A DNA stretch of 64,000 nt from Octopus sinensis (lineage: Eukaryota), in NCBI RefSeq assembly GCF_006345805.1, contig NC_042997.1, forward strand, positions 52,018,001 to 52,082,000, read 5' to 3'. Below are positions 52,601 through 64,000 of the stretch, piece by piece. Position numbers and translations under genes: made by a program. Below the pieces are notes generated by a model. It was not told the origin of the DNA. It saw nothing but the letters and a program-made list of their open reading frames with translations, and searched no databases. The first letter of the stretch is position 1. Each line of letters begins with the position of its first letter.

Positions 52601-54912
52601 TTAATCCTTAATCCTTAAAAATGTTTTAGCCCGAAGGCCGCGGCCATGCTGGGGCACCACCGCTGAATGAGCCACACTAGTTTGTGAATCCACCTCTGAT
52701 ACGTGGCACTTGATCAACAAGGAGTTCGATGCTGCTGCCCGCATCCGCGTCTCCTGTCGTGAGGTAGGTCATCTGGGACTTCCAACAAGAAGAGTATCCA
52801 GTTTAGTTTTAAAGAAACCCACATCCACACCATGTAAGTCTCTCAGGCATTTAGGGAGGATGTTGAAAAGCTGTGGTCCTCTGAAACCCAAGCTGTTGCA
52901 GTATCTGGACCTGTATTTTGATGGTGATGTTGGAATCCTTGGCACCACGCAGCGGCGCCCCGTTCTGCGGTTGGAGTAACTTTGAATGCCAAAGTTTGGG
53001 ATAAGACCCTCCAGGATTTTCCAGATGTATATTACTCTGCATATCTCTCCCGCCTCCGCTCCAGGGAGAAGAGGTTTAATACCTTCAGTCTTTCCCAGTA
53101 GCTGACATTTTGCATTGAGACGATTTTCTTTGTGTAGCTTCTCTGAGTTGCTTCGAGTTCTGCTGTTTGTTTTTATATTGTGTGGTGACCAAAGTTGGGA
53201 GCAGTAGTCCAAGCGGCTGAGGACAAATGTTTTCCATAGGACCATCAGTGTCTCCTTCTCTCTTGTTCTGAAAGTTCGGAGAATCCATCCAGCTAGCCGT
53301 CTGCATTTTATCACCAGATTAGCAATATGCATTTGGAAAGATGCATCATTGCTCATGTCAATGCCCAGGTCACGCACGGATTTTGACTCAGGGATTGCAA
53401 TTCTTCCTGGGCCAGTGTATCCAGTCTTCAGTCTCACGTCATTTACCTTTGTGTGCCAGTAGCGCAGGGCCTGGAACTTACCTGCATTAAACTGCATGTT
53501 GTTGTCCTCAGCCCACTGTATATTGTGTCCAGCTCATGTTGCAGATGCGCAATATTTTCAGGGTTCTGTATTGCGTGGGAGACCTTTGTGTCATCTGCAT
53601 AGCTAGCAAGGTGGTCATCGTAGCAACTGAAGGCATGTCTGAAAGGGCCACTATGAACATCAGTGGCCCCAAGACAGTGCCCTGTGGGACACCGCTTGTT
53701 ATTTGCGTTTCCCTGGAGGTGGCTCCATTGCTCACACTGCCTGTTTTCTGTCTTTTAGGAAGTTGTGCAGCCACTCTCCAAGTTTCCCGCCTATGCCGAG
53801 ACCACGCAGTTTATGACAGATCATACCATGGTCGACTTTATCAAAGCTTTTGCAAAGTCAAGATATATTACATCCACATTTGAGCCATTTAGTAGCTGTT
53901 TCAACACCAGTCATAGTGCTGCAGGAGCTGTGTTAGGCAGCCTCTACCTGGTCGAAATCCATGCTGGGTGTCAGACAGTAAGTCATTTTCTTCAAGGAAC
54001 ATGATTAGTTTCTTACGGACTATTCGTTCCATGACTTTGCTGATGTGTGAGGTCAGAGAGATAGGCCTATAATTTTTAGCATCTGCTCTGCTACCTCCCT
54101 TATGGATAGGGCATATTACCCCCCTCTTTCAGTTTGACTGGGAGCTTACCACTTGCAAGAAAGCTCTGAAAAAGAAGCTGTAGCGGTTTTGCAAGGGCTC
54201 GTTTGCACGATTTGAGAAGGATCGCTGGGAATCCATCAGGTCCAGCAGCTGAGTTTGTGTCAATCTCATCAATGGCTAGTGTGATATCATCTTCTTCGAT
54301 GTTGATGTACTCATTTTTGTCTCTTTGGCCGCTGGTAAAGTGGCAAAGAATTCTTCTGGGTTGTTTACTTGCCTGTGTCCTAGAGGTGTAGTGAACACAC
54401 TTTGGAACTGTTCGTTCAGTATTTCACTTATCCTCGTGGGATTTCCTGTGAGAGAGCCATCTTTTTGGAAGAGAGGTCCTATTCTCTGGTGCACTGTGGC
54501 TGTCTCTTTGGCAAACTTAAGAAAGCTTTAGGGTTTGATTTTATATTTTCTATTACCCAAGCTTTTTATCTGCTCTCTCCTTTTCATGGGACTGATGTAG
54601 ACTTTTCTCAGTTTCCATTAGCATTCTTTCGAGCCGAGACTTCTCACCACTTTTGGTGTGCTTGCTCAGGCGGTTTGCAATCCTTGTCCGTCGTCTCATA
54701 AGAATCCTCCTTTCTCTAGGGATCCTGTTTTTATTCTTGTGTGTGCTGGCCCTGCACATTGGGACATATTGTCACATATGGCTTTATTATGGACATGAAG
54801 TGTTTGTGTTTCATGTTTGTCCGGTGTGGAGAGACATTCAGGCCAATCCTGTTTGAGGATCTCTTTCTCAATCGACTTCCAGTTGGCTTTATGAAAGTTT
54901 AAGTTGGAGAGA
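52597..54912 (-). mobile_element. CR1-clade LINE, 5'-truncated, frameshifted ORF2 (reverse transcriptase)
   Basis: SGVPQGTVLGPLMF, YADDTKV region, VRDLGI, SRLDYCSQLWSP; 3' tail (TTAAGGA)n. Confidence 0.9.
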
Positions 54913-55022
54913 TGTATATATATATGTATGTATATATATATGTATATATAATATATATATATCTATATACACGCATGCGTATACATATACATATATATTA
55001 TATATACGTATATATATATACG

Positions 55023-55059
<37 letters not shown>

Positions 55060-55203
55060 GTATGTGTATATATATATGTATATATATATGTATGTATATA
55101 TATACACATACATATACATACACACACACACACACATACATATATATATACACCACACACACACTAGCTGTGTATCCCGTCGTTTCCGGATAATTTTCAA
55201 AAT

Positions 55204-55268
55204 ACTTATGTGGGAGTGCTATTCCGAAAGTTCAGCAAGGGCCTTTGGAATAGCACTCCCACATAAGT
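55204..55268. other. Perfect 22-bp hairpin (65 nt) just inside a Helitron-type end (CTAG at 55164)
   Basis: acttatgtgggagtgctattcc / ggaatagcactcccacataagt with a 21-nt loop. Confidence 0.85.
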
Positions 55269-56052
55269 TGGATTATAGTATCCAACATATGATATAGAAA
55301 ATTACAACTGTCTGAAATATATCAGGGAGATATAGATTTTTTTACGGCATATCTTATAATTGTAACATTGAAGTATAGTATTGTAATAGAGAGTCGCCGT
55401 CAAACACAGGTATATAATGTGCCGCTGGATAAAGTTGCGGCATAGAAATTATGCTCTTATGTATCTTATATTTCGTGATATAGAGATATTCTACTGTAAG
55501 TAGGGCAGTCAGACATTCTGTAATGTGACGTTGTGACACTGATTTATCTTAAAATCCAAGCAATGTAATGTAATCAACATGTGTGACATGAATATATAAT
55601 ATCAATGACTGAATATGTAACAAGGTAAATATATTCTCAACCTCCTTCACCTAAATTTAGATTAAGCTAACGTTTATTCATATTATTACTGCCAAAATCC
55701 TTTATCACATTTACTACTGCGGCGACGACAATCTCTACCATTACAAGAATAGAGAACAATGGAGAGTATACGGCATATCTAGATTGTCACATATATCTCA
55801 TACAATTCCCCAATGCATGTTGGAGTGTGCAGTATAGTTCTCAGCTAGACATGTACATTTATTTCTGTTTTATATACACGCACATACGCGTATGTTGAAA
55901 TAGAGAGCAACATTTTTCAAGCATGTTATATTAAAGCCACGACCACGCCCAAGTCTGGTTTGAACAAAAATGATCCTAAATCCATTAGGATTAACGTTTG
56001 GTAACCTTCACAGCCTCATTCTCAAAATAAGTGATGATAATACTATCGTATA

Positions 56053-56525
56053 TATTTCTTTACTGCCCACAAGGGGCTAAACATAGAGGGGACAAACAAG
56101 GACAGACAAAGGGATTAAGTCGATTATATCGACCCAAGTGCGAAACTACTACTTTATTTATCGACCCCGAAAGGATGAAAGGCAAAGTCGACCTCGGCGG
56201 AATTTGAACTCAGAACGTAACGACAGACGAAATACGGCTACGCATTTCGCCCGGCGTGCTAACGTTTCTGATTTCTTTATTTAAAAATAATATATTTCTT
56301 TACTACCCACAAGGGGCTAAACACAGAGTGGACAAACAGGGACAGACAGACGGATTAAGTCGATTACATCGACTCCAGTGCGTAACTGGTACTTAATTTA
56401 TCGACCCCGAAAGGATGAAAGGCAAAGTCGACCTCGGCGGTATTTGAACCCAGAACGTAACGGCAGGCGAAATACGGCTACGCATTTCGCCCGGCGTGCT
56501 AACGTTTCTGCCAGCTCGCCGCCTT
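56053..56525 (-). mobile_element. Head-to-tail SINE family A dimer within one 25-bp TSD
   Basis: taagtgatgataa(t/a)actatcgtata at 56028-56052 and 56526-56550. Confidence 0.85.
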
Positions 56526-57068
56526 TAAGTGATGATAAAACTATCGTATAGTTTACGCACCGTGCAGTGAGTCGTAATGTTCATGCAAATACTTTTATAG
56601 CTGATACAATCATCATGACGGCATTACAATTTCATATAGAATTACACACATACACCGACTTACGCACACAAAAGAAAACAACAATCTAGTTGAAAAATAC
56701 AAAACAAAATTAAGCATACAGATTACATGTAAAATAAATTATGAAATCTACCATTTTAAATCCGGCGTTGATGATTTTTATCAGTTAGCAAAAACATTCG
56801 CATGATCCTTGGCGAACAACTGCAATGCTATTTTGCGATTATTTTATTCTAAGGCTTGGCTGATTGTTAAGGTACTGAAACATCATTGGAGTCATTAGTC
56901 CTTTTCCAAACTAAATATAAGAGAATTAATGAATATGAAGAACCCATAATAATAAAAAAAATCAACCTGGGTAAACTGTTAATATAGATATACAGTATAT
57001 ATATATATATATTATATTATAATATATATATATATTATATATATATATTATATAGATATATATATATG

Positions 57069-57103
<35 letters not shown>

Positions 57104-57154
57104 CATATATATGTTTGTATATATATGTGTGTATGTGTGTATGTATGTATGTAT

Positions 57155-57300
57155 GTATCAGAATGAACAGATATGTTAACCATTCCACCTACTTAAAAGA
57201 GAAAAGTACGACGTCTACAGCTTTATCAAAATACATCTGGCAGCTTAGAGAACAACAAGGACTCTAGAAGTAAGTGGAGAATTAGAGAGTAAAAATACTC
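57155..57300 (+). mobile_element. Penelope-like element GIY-YIG endonuclease remnant
   Basis: RYVNHSTYLKEKSTTSTALSKYIWQLRE matches the PLE motif R...H......ST.LSK.IW.LK. Confidence 0.65.
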
Positions 57301-57451
57301 TTTGCAATTTCGAAAAATATTTAAAGACTACTTGAACACACGCGCAGAACTTTTCGGACGTTACAGATAATTCTCCCATTCCTGTTTTTTAATCAGGTTT
57401 GGCATCCAAAAAATCATCCTTATTCTGTTCCTTGCTTCTAGAAGGAAATAC

Positions 57452-57782
57452 TTTACATGCCTGTATTAATGTATATAATATAAATTATATAATTCAGTTA
57501 CATAATTCATAAATTAATACAGGCATAAAGACTTGCTCTTCAGTTCAATGAATATCATAGTTACTTTACTTTTCTTGTATCGTCTCTGTAAATATATATA
57601 TAAACGTAGATAGGCTACATTTAAATATTGATATATAGCACACAATAAGTACTGAGGCGATGAAAGAAAAGTATAATATTCATTGACCTGGAGAGCAAGT
57701 CTTTATTCTTGTATTAATTTATAAATTATTCAACTGAATTATATAATTTATATTATATACATTAATGCAGGTATGTAAAATA
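57452..57782. repeat. Inverted repeat (~105-bp arms)
   Basis: tacatgcctgtattaatgtatataatataaattatataattcagtt / aactgaattatataatttatattatatacattaatgcaggtatgta. Confidence 0.8.
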
Positions 57783-58177
57783 ATTTATTATTTATTTATT
57801 TATTTATTTATTATACAATGAAATAAATAGTTTTTACATGAGTGTTGTAATGAAATGGTACACCCCTTCCCACGTAACAAGTGCTAAGAGTGAACCAGCC
57901 ACTATAAAGTCAGGCATCAGCTGTTTATATGAGGTCAGTAGTAGTAGAGTCGTTGTAGTTGTACGAGTCAGTGTCAGTTATGTGTGATATACAAGTTCGA
58001 GTTATTGTCAAGGTAGACGTTTCAAAGTCATTGTTGTCTTGCGGAGCTATCAGCGATAGCACGATAGACGGGTCAAAGATAATTAGACGTAGAATACCGC
58101 CACAATATATTAGTGGCGACAAGAATATTACAGTACTGACAGCAACATAAAGTGGACGAGGATCCACATCGTAACAG

Positions 58178-58190
58178 TGGTGACGAGGAT
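58178..58190 (+). promoter_or_regulatory. Primer-binding site, probably tRNA-Ser(GCT)
   Basis: tggtgacgaggat immediately after the 5' LTR; one mismatch to TGGCGACGAGGAT, the complement of the tRNA-Ser(GCT) 3' end. Confidence 0.7.
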
Positions 58191-58337
58191 ATAAACAATT
58201 CATGTGGACAACGTTGAAAAACAAAAACATTATTTTCACGAGAAAATAAACAATTCACGCGGACGACGTTGAAAACTTTTCACGTGGAGAAATTAAAAAC
58301 TCGACAGAGGAGTAACAAACATTTTTATAGTAAAACT

Positions 58338-58900
58338 ATGGAAAACTTGTTAGAGGATTTAGTTGAACTGCAAAAAGCAGCAACAACAACAACTCAGAGA
58401 ACAAGAACAGCAACAAATGTTACAGCAGCAATTGCTACAACTAATGAAGTTGGTAACAAAACTGGAAAATACGTTTTCATCAGACTATGTAGCAAATTTA
58501 GTAAATGAATTTAAATATGACCAGGAAGAAGGAATCAATATCGAGGCATATCACCGAATATCTGCACACATTTTTGAAAAAGACTGGAAAGGCGAAATGA
58601 AAATGCGCCTAATTCTGAGGAAACTGGCGACGATAGAACATAAGAAATACTGTAACTTTATATTACCTAAAAAAGTTTCTGACATAAATTTCACGGACAC
58701 AATTGACATTTTATGGAAAATTTTCAGGGAAAAAACATCGTTATTCAACACACGTTGGAAGTTTTTAAAGACGGAGGAAAGCGATAACGAAGACGTTATC
58801 ACATATGCAGGTAGATTGAACAGAGAGTGCGAGAGATTTAAAGTGGATAAACTAACTCCAGACTCGTTCAAGTGCCTGCTTTTGTACAAGGGCTTACTGC
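58338..58900 (+). pseudogene. Gypsy gag remnant
   Basis: MENLLEDLVELQK..., FKYDQEEG...YCNFILPKKVSDINFTDTIDILWKIF.EKTSLFNTRWK; frameshifted. Confidence 0.75.
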
Positions 58901-58904
58901 TAAA

Positions 58905-60660
58905 AGGGACGCAGAGTAAAAGTGGTACCTGCCATATTCCAACAAGTGATGGACGCAATGTTAAATGATTGCGGTTTCGCTATCGCTTATCTCGATGATA
59001 TTTTGATAAAGAGTGAGTCAGTGGAGCAACACTTTGACTTATTAAAAAAGTATTCGGAAAAATAAATGAATATGAGTTTAGACTAACAGGGGAAAAGTAC
59101 GAATTTTTGATGAAAAAAATTAAATATTTAGGTCAAGTAATTGACGAAAGCGGGGAGCGGGGAGCGGGGCGAAGGCCAGACCTATCAAGCGCGACAGTAA
59201 TACGGAATATGCCTTCCCCAAGGAACGTCAAATTGTTACAAGCATTTTTAGGCTTGGTAAACTACTATCAAGTATATTATCCCAAACGTCATACAACACA
59301 ACTAAATGAGCTGTTAAAAAAGGATGTCAAATGGTTTTGGTCAGAAAAATGCTAGAAGGCATTTGAGGAACTAAAAACCATGTTAACTGCCAGCGGAAAA
59401 AACATTATAGCCAAATTGAAAAAGAGGCATTGGCGATTATATTTGGCATAAAAAAGTTCCACAGGTTTATACATGGTAGACGGTTTAGACTACAAACAGA
59501 CCATCGCCCGTTGCTAACGATTTATGATCCAAGAAAGGAATTCCTGTACATAGAGCAAACAGATTGCAGCGAGGGGGAATCATACTGTTAAACCACGACT
59601 ACGCAATGGTATATTTACCTTCGAAAAAGCTGGGACATGCTGACGGCCTATCCAGGTTAATACCCAGAAATAGCGAACCATTCATAGACCCAGTAAAAGC
59701 AACCCTAAGAGCCGAAGGGTAAATTAAACACATAATGTGGAACATTATACAAGAGTTAACAATAATTTTGGAGGAGATAAAGCGACACGCGTCAAAAGAT
59801 AAGTTCATAAATGATACAAAAGAAAAATAACAATGGGTAGCTAAAGAAAACAAAAATAGGTTCGGTAAGAAAAGACAGCAGCAGGTAAATATATATTCAA
59901 TATGCGACAGCGTACTTATGTATGGCCAAAGGGTAGTGATACCTGAAACTTTACAAAAAAGAATGTTGAAAGAATTCCATACTGGACATCCGGGGATCGT
60001 AAGGATGAAAGCGCTTATGCACAGTTATATGTATTGGTCGAAGATGGACAAGGAAGTTGAAAACGTAATAAAAGGCTGCAGAGGATGTGCTCTGGCAGCG
60101 AAATTGTCAACTCAAAAATGGGAGCCTTGGCTAGAAGTAAAAGGTCCATGGTCAAGACTACATATCGATTTTGCGGGTCCGTTAAATGGTTATTACTACC
60201 TAGTAGTAGTTGACAATTTTACAGAAATTGTTAAGTGCAAAAGACCAACCTCCGAAACGGTATCAAAGTTTTTGCACGAATTATTCGCAAGATTTGGCAT
60301 CCAAGATGTGATTGTACCGGATAGTGGAACGTCAATTGTGTCCAGTGAATTTAGAAAATTCTGCGAAATGTTCACGGTAGAAGATAAAACGATAGCGCTT
60401 TACCACCCCAGATCAAATGGACAGGCAGAGCGGTTTGTTGACACTTTTAATAGAGCTTTAAGAAAAGCAATCAAGGAAATTACTGACGAAGTCGCTCTGC
60501 AGCAATTCCTAAGGGTGTAAAGGGTGACATCGAACCCCAATACACCAGCAGAAAACTCACCAGCAGAACTGATGTTCGCTAGGAATGTGAAACCAATTTT
60601 TGATAAACTGTTACCTGGCGAGGAAAGAAAGAGCGTCACGAAAGACATATCAAAGTTTTT
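58905..60660 (+). pseudogene. Gypsy pol remnant (RT C-terminus, partial RNase H, integrase)
   Basis: IKYLGQVID, LQAFLGLVNYY, integrase HHCC (HTGHPGIVRMK...CRGC), WSRLHIDFAGP, YHPRSNGQAERFV. Confidence 0.88.
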
Positions 60661-61275
60661 TCAAAATTGGTGATAAGATGTACATGAGGTCGTATAAAAG
60701 AGAAGGCGAAATTACAAAGTACATAGGGAAAATGATGTACGAGGTAAAGAGCAAAAAAAGGTATTGAAAAAGTCGCAGAAACCAATTAAAGAAGAGATTC
60801 ATAGAAAATGAACCAGACAGATTGAGAGAACCTATGAAATGGCTACATGACACATTACAGGTACCAACACCGTTACAGGTAGTTGAACCCGCGCATACTA
60901 GTGGAAGAATAAGGAAGAACACAGAGTTCCTACAATTAAACGCCAAAAAGAAAAAAATATAAGTTGAAAAGAGGCACGCTAAAAAAGGGAGCAGGGGTGA
61001 ATAAAGTAAAATGAAATTACTTGCTTTCCCAAAGAAAGAGAGATGTTGCAATGAAATGGTACACTCCTTCCCACGTGACAAGTGGTATGAGTGAACTAGC
61101 CACTATAAAGTCAGGCATCAGCCGTTTGTAGGAGGCCAGAAGTAGTAGAGTCGTTGTATGAATCAGGGTCAGTCACGTGTGATATACGAGTTCGAGTTAT
61201 CGTCAAGGTAGACGTTTCAAAGTCATTGTCTTGCGGAGCTATCAGCGATAGCACGATTGACGGGTCAAAGATAAT

Positions 61276-61489
61276 CCTTTCTATTATAGACACAAGGCCT
61301 GAAATTTGGGTGAGGTGGATGGACGATTACATCGACTCCAGTACTCAACTAGTACTTAATTTATCAACCCCGAAAGGATGAAAAACAAAGTCGACCTCGG
61401 CGGAATTTGAACTTAGAACGTAGCGGCAGATAAAATACTGCTAAGCATTTCGCCCGGCGTGGTAACGATTCTGCCAGCTGGCTGCCTTA
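61276..61489 (-). mobile_element. SINE family A inserted in the 3' LTR
   Basis: TSD gacgggtcaaaga(t/c)aat at 61259-61275 and 61490-61506; absent from the 5' LTR. Confidence 0.9.
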
Positions 61490-61794
61490 GACGGGTCAAA
61501 GACAATAAGACGTGGAATACCGCCACATAATAATGGCGACAAGAATATTAGAGTGCCGACAGCAACATAGAAGTGGACAAGGACTCACGTTATAACAATG
61601 ATAAAGGCTGTGAAACGATCGTCGTTGTATGGATGTCATTTGGTGGAATAACATTTTCATTTTACACCTTCTCTCTTTCTTTATATTTTATACACTCCTA
61701 ATATAATAATAATTACCAATTGGATTTACTGGATTTCAACTGTATTGACCTATTCATTACATCTCTTTGTGTTGTTTTGGTTTACTATAAAGAA

Positions 61795-62035
61795 TTTCGA
61801 CAACTTTCAAGAGATCCACTTAAAAGCGTTGGTAATCGCCTTACGTTTTGATAGACTTCGTTGTCTGATACAAAATCATACCAATGGTTTCATGCCGAGA
61901 AAATTTTCACAATTTTCAAGCGATCCGCTTAAAAATATTGGTAATCGCTTTGATTTTGTATGAGAGCATGTAGTCCACCCAAAGGGAAAGGGATTACCAG
62001 CGCTTTTAAGCAATGGGTAGCTTGAAAATTGTGGA
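61795..62035. repeat. Three ~40-bp units, two direct and one inverted
   Basis: caa(c/t)tttcaag(a/c)gatcc(a/g)cttaaaa...ttggtaatcgc twice, then gattaccagcgcttttaagc...cttgaaaattg. Confidence 0.6.
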
Positions 62036-62222
62036 AATCCTTTCCATATGAAAGCATTGAAATATAGAATATTTATCCTCCAAATGCAATCCTGAGCGCT
62101 CATTCTCACTGTTCGATACAATTGTGTGAGTATGTGCGTGCGTGCATGCGTATGTGTGCATCTGTGCGTGTGTGAATATGTGTGTATGTGTGTATGTGCG
62201 TGAGTGTGTGTGTGTGTGTGTA

Positions 62223-62281
<59 letters not shown>

Positions 62282-62637
62282 AAGTGTATATTTATCTATG
62301 TATCAGATTCATTTAAAAGTAATTTGTAAGTTTGCAAACTGACAACTCATTTTGAAATATAAACAAAAATACTAAATTTGAAATGGATTTACTAATTTAC
62401 AATTGTTTTCATATTTACCTTTTTTCTATAACAAATGTCTTATTCTCTGCCTCTGTTTCTATCTTTCGATCTCACTTTGTGTGTGTGAGTGTGTATGTGT
62501 GTGTATATGTGTGTGTGTGTGTGTATGTGCGTGCGTGTATGTGTGCGTGTGCAGCGTTCCTTTACTATCAGCCAACCAGGAAGTCTAACATATGTACTCA
62601 TCCTGCACTTATGATAATTGTCTCTGTGTTTGTCTTT

Positions 62638-62686
<49 letters not shown>

Positions 62687-63782
62687 CTCTATATGAAGTA
62701 ATGCGTGGCTGGAGAAATCAACCAGCATTTATATCGGCTATTATTAAGCACACGTACTTTCAACTTCAACACAACAACGTCTACTGGAACGCAACATTTT
62801 CAACGTCCATTTACTCAAAGAGAAAAATAAAAAGACTAGCCACGTCATTCAGATATACAAGCTGAAACAAAAATACTAACAACCCAATTTAAAAACTGAA
62901 AACCGTATGGAATGCCGTGTAGAACCATAAAATTGTTCTATGCGTAAGCCGTGTAGAACAATAAAAGATTACATAAACAACTATTTACTTAACCCTAACG
63001 CAGATTAATATGCCCCGCCAATATGAATCGGATATAGTTTGCAAGCACATCCTCGACTTCGTTAACCTCAAGAACTGAGTGCAGTGGAACAACAACAGCG
63101 CCGTATCATGGAAGGTGAAGCGCTTTTGGGATTCCCTTTATTTTCTTTTGTAGAATTTTAACATTTACCATTTAATCCTTTTAACATTTAAACATTTTCT
63201 GAAAGCCTTAGAATTCAGAAAAATATTCATTACATTTGCATGTCTATCACTAGAATAATTATGAATGCAACGATGTCATTCTTGTTTCCTGACAACTTGT
63301 TCTGGGGGTCAGAAATGAAAGCGAAGAACTTTTCAGTATTTCCAAGAAAGTTTAAATGGAAATTTCAGAATTAAACAACTTGCGTATTTTAGGAACTACG
63401 AAAAGTCATGCAAGTTGTAAAGTCATAGAATTACCAAGGACAATTATCAAGCACCTCCTACAAGATGAATAGACAAAATATGTGCAAATTTACAAAAGAA
63501 TTGATAAGCATTCCATCTAAGTTTTCAAACAAATATACTGGAAATCACATTCGGCACGAAGTTTGAAACGTTAATCTTTTGGAAATAATATGAAATATGA
63601 CCACAAATAAATATCACCTCGACAGGGAATCCTAATGAAGACAATTATGCAAACAAAAACTTCAATCATAAAACAGCTAGTAGATAACGCAAATAAAGGA
63701 ATTTTTCATCTGTTATCTATGCAACCAAGCTGCCTCCCACTATAATGATGCATAATCATGAACTAACTCCAGATAAAATCTA

Positions 63783-63854
<72 letters not shown>

Positions 63855-64000
63855 GAAATATTAAACTACTAGTCTCTCTAAAGGAGATTACGGCAGCGTT
63901 ACTGGATATTAATAGTTATCGCCATACTAATATGGCAGTCTATAAAATAAGCTAAAGCTGTCGCTGATTAGCTCCAAGAGGCCATCGCCTCTAGCTAGCT

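Larger units (their letters stand above)
57843..61597 (+). mobile_element. Internally deleted Ty3/gypsy (Mag-like) LTR retrotransposon
   Basis: 5' LTR 57843-58176 (TGTTG...AACA) and 3' LTR 61044-61597; TSD atgag/atgat; polypurine tract aaagaaagagaga before the 3' LTR; gag, partial RT/RNase H and integrase remnants. Confidence 0.92.

Noticed and set aside
58363-58445. Polyglutamine protein start
   Set aside because: An alternative frame of a (CAA/CAG)-rich stretch in the frameshifted gag remnant.
46000-64000. Second SLC6 exon
   Set aside because: No GAF(L/F)IPY...GIP..LE-like sequence was found by eye; it presumably lies beyond the window.

Overview
AT-rich, microsatellite-saturated eukaryotic DNA. 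The SINE families, the (TA)n/(CA)n/(TATG)n/(GA)n density and a mollusc-type nad5 fragment point to an octopus (cephalopod) genome; this is an inference from recalled sequence, not a database hit. The only host-gene sequence I can support is the first coding exon of an SLC6 sodium:neurotransmitter symporter (45822-45999, +), with no second exon recognisable in the remaining 18 kb. The rest is nested transposon debris: tRNA-derived SINEs, Tc1/mariner remnants and MITEs, non-autonomous Helitrons, a Buster-type hAT with TSD, three head-to-tail R4/Dong LINEs in (TAA)n, CR1, CRE, RTE and Penelope fragments, and an internally deleted Ty3/gypsy provirus with both LTRs. The most unusual items are an ORF1-only (half-LINE-like) Tx1-type retroelement inserted with a 14-bp hairpin TSD into a SINE's tRNA-like head, a family of minimal hammerhead-ribozyme-like motifs with covarying stems, several inverted duplications centred on (TA)n, a foldback element carrying telomere-like repeats, and a nad5 NUMT. 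Almost all ORFs in the supplied track are microsatellite translations. Coordinates were counted by hand; boundaries without a stated TSD or TIR are approximate.
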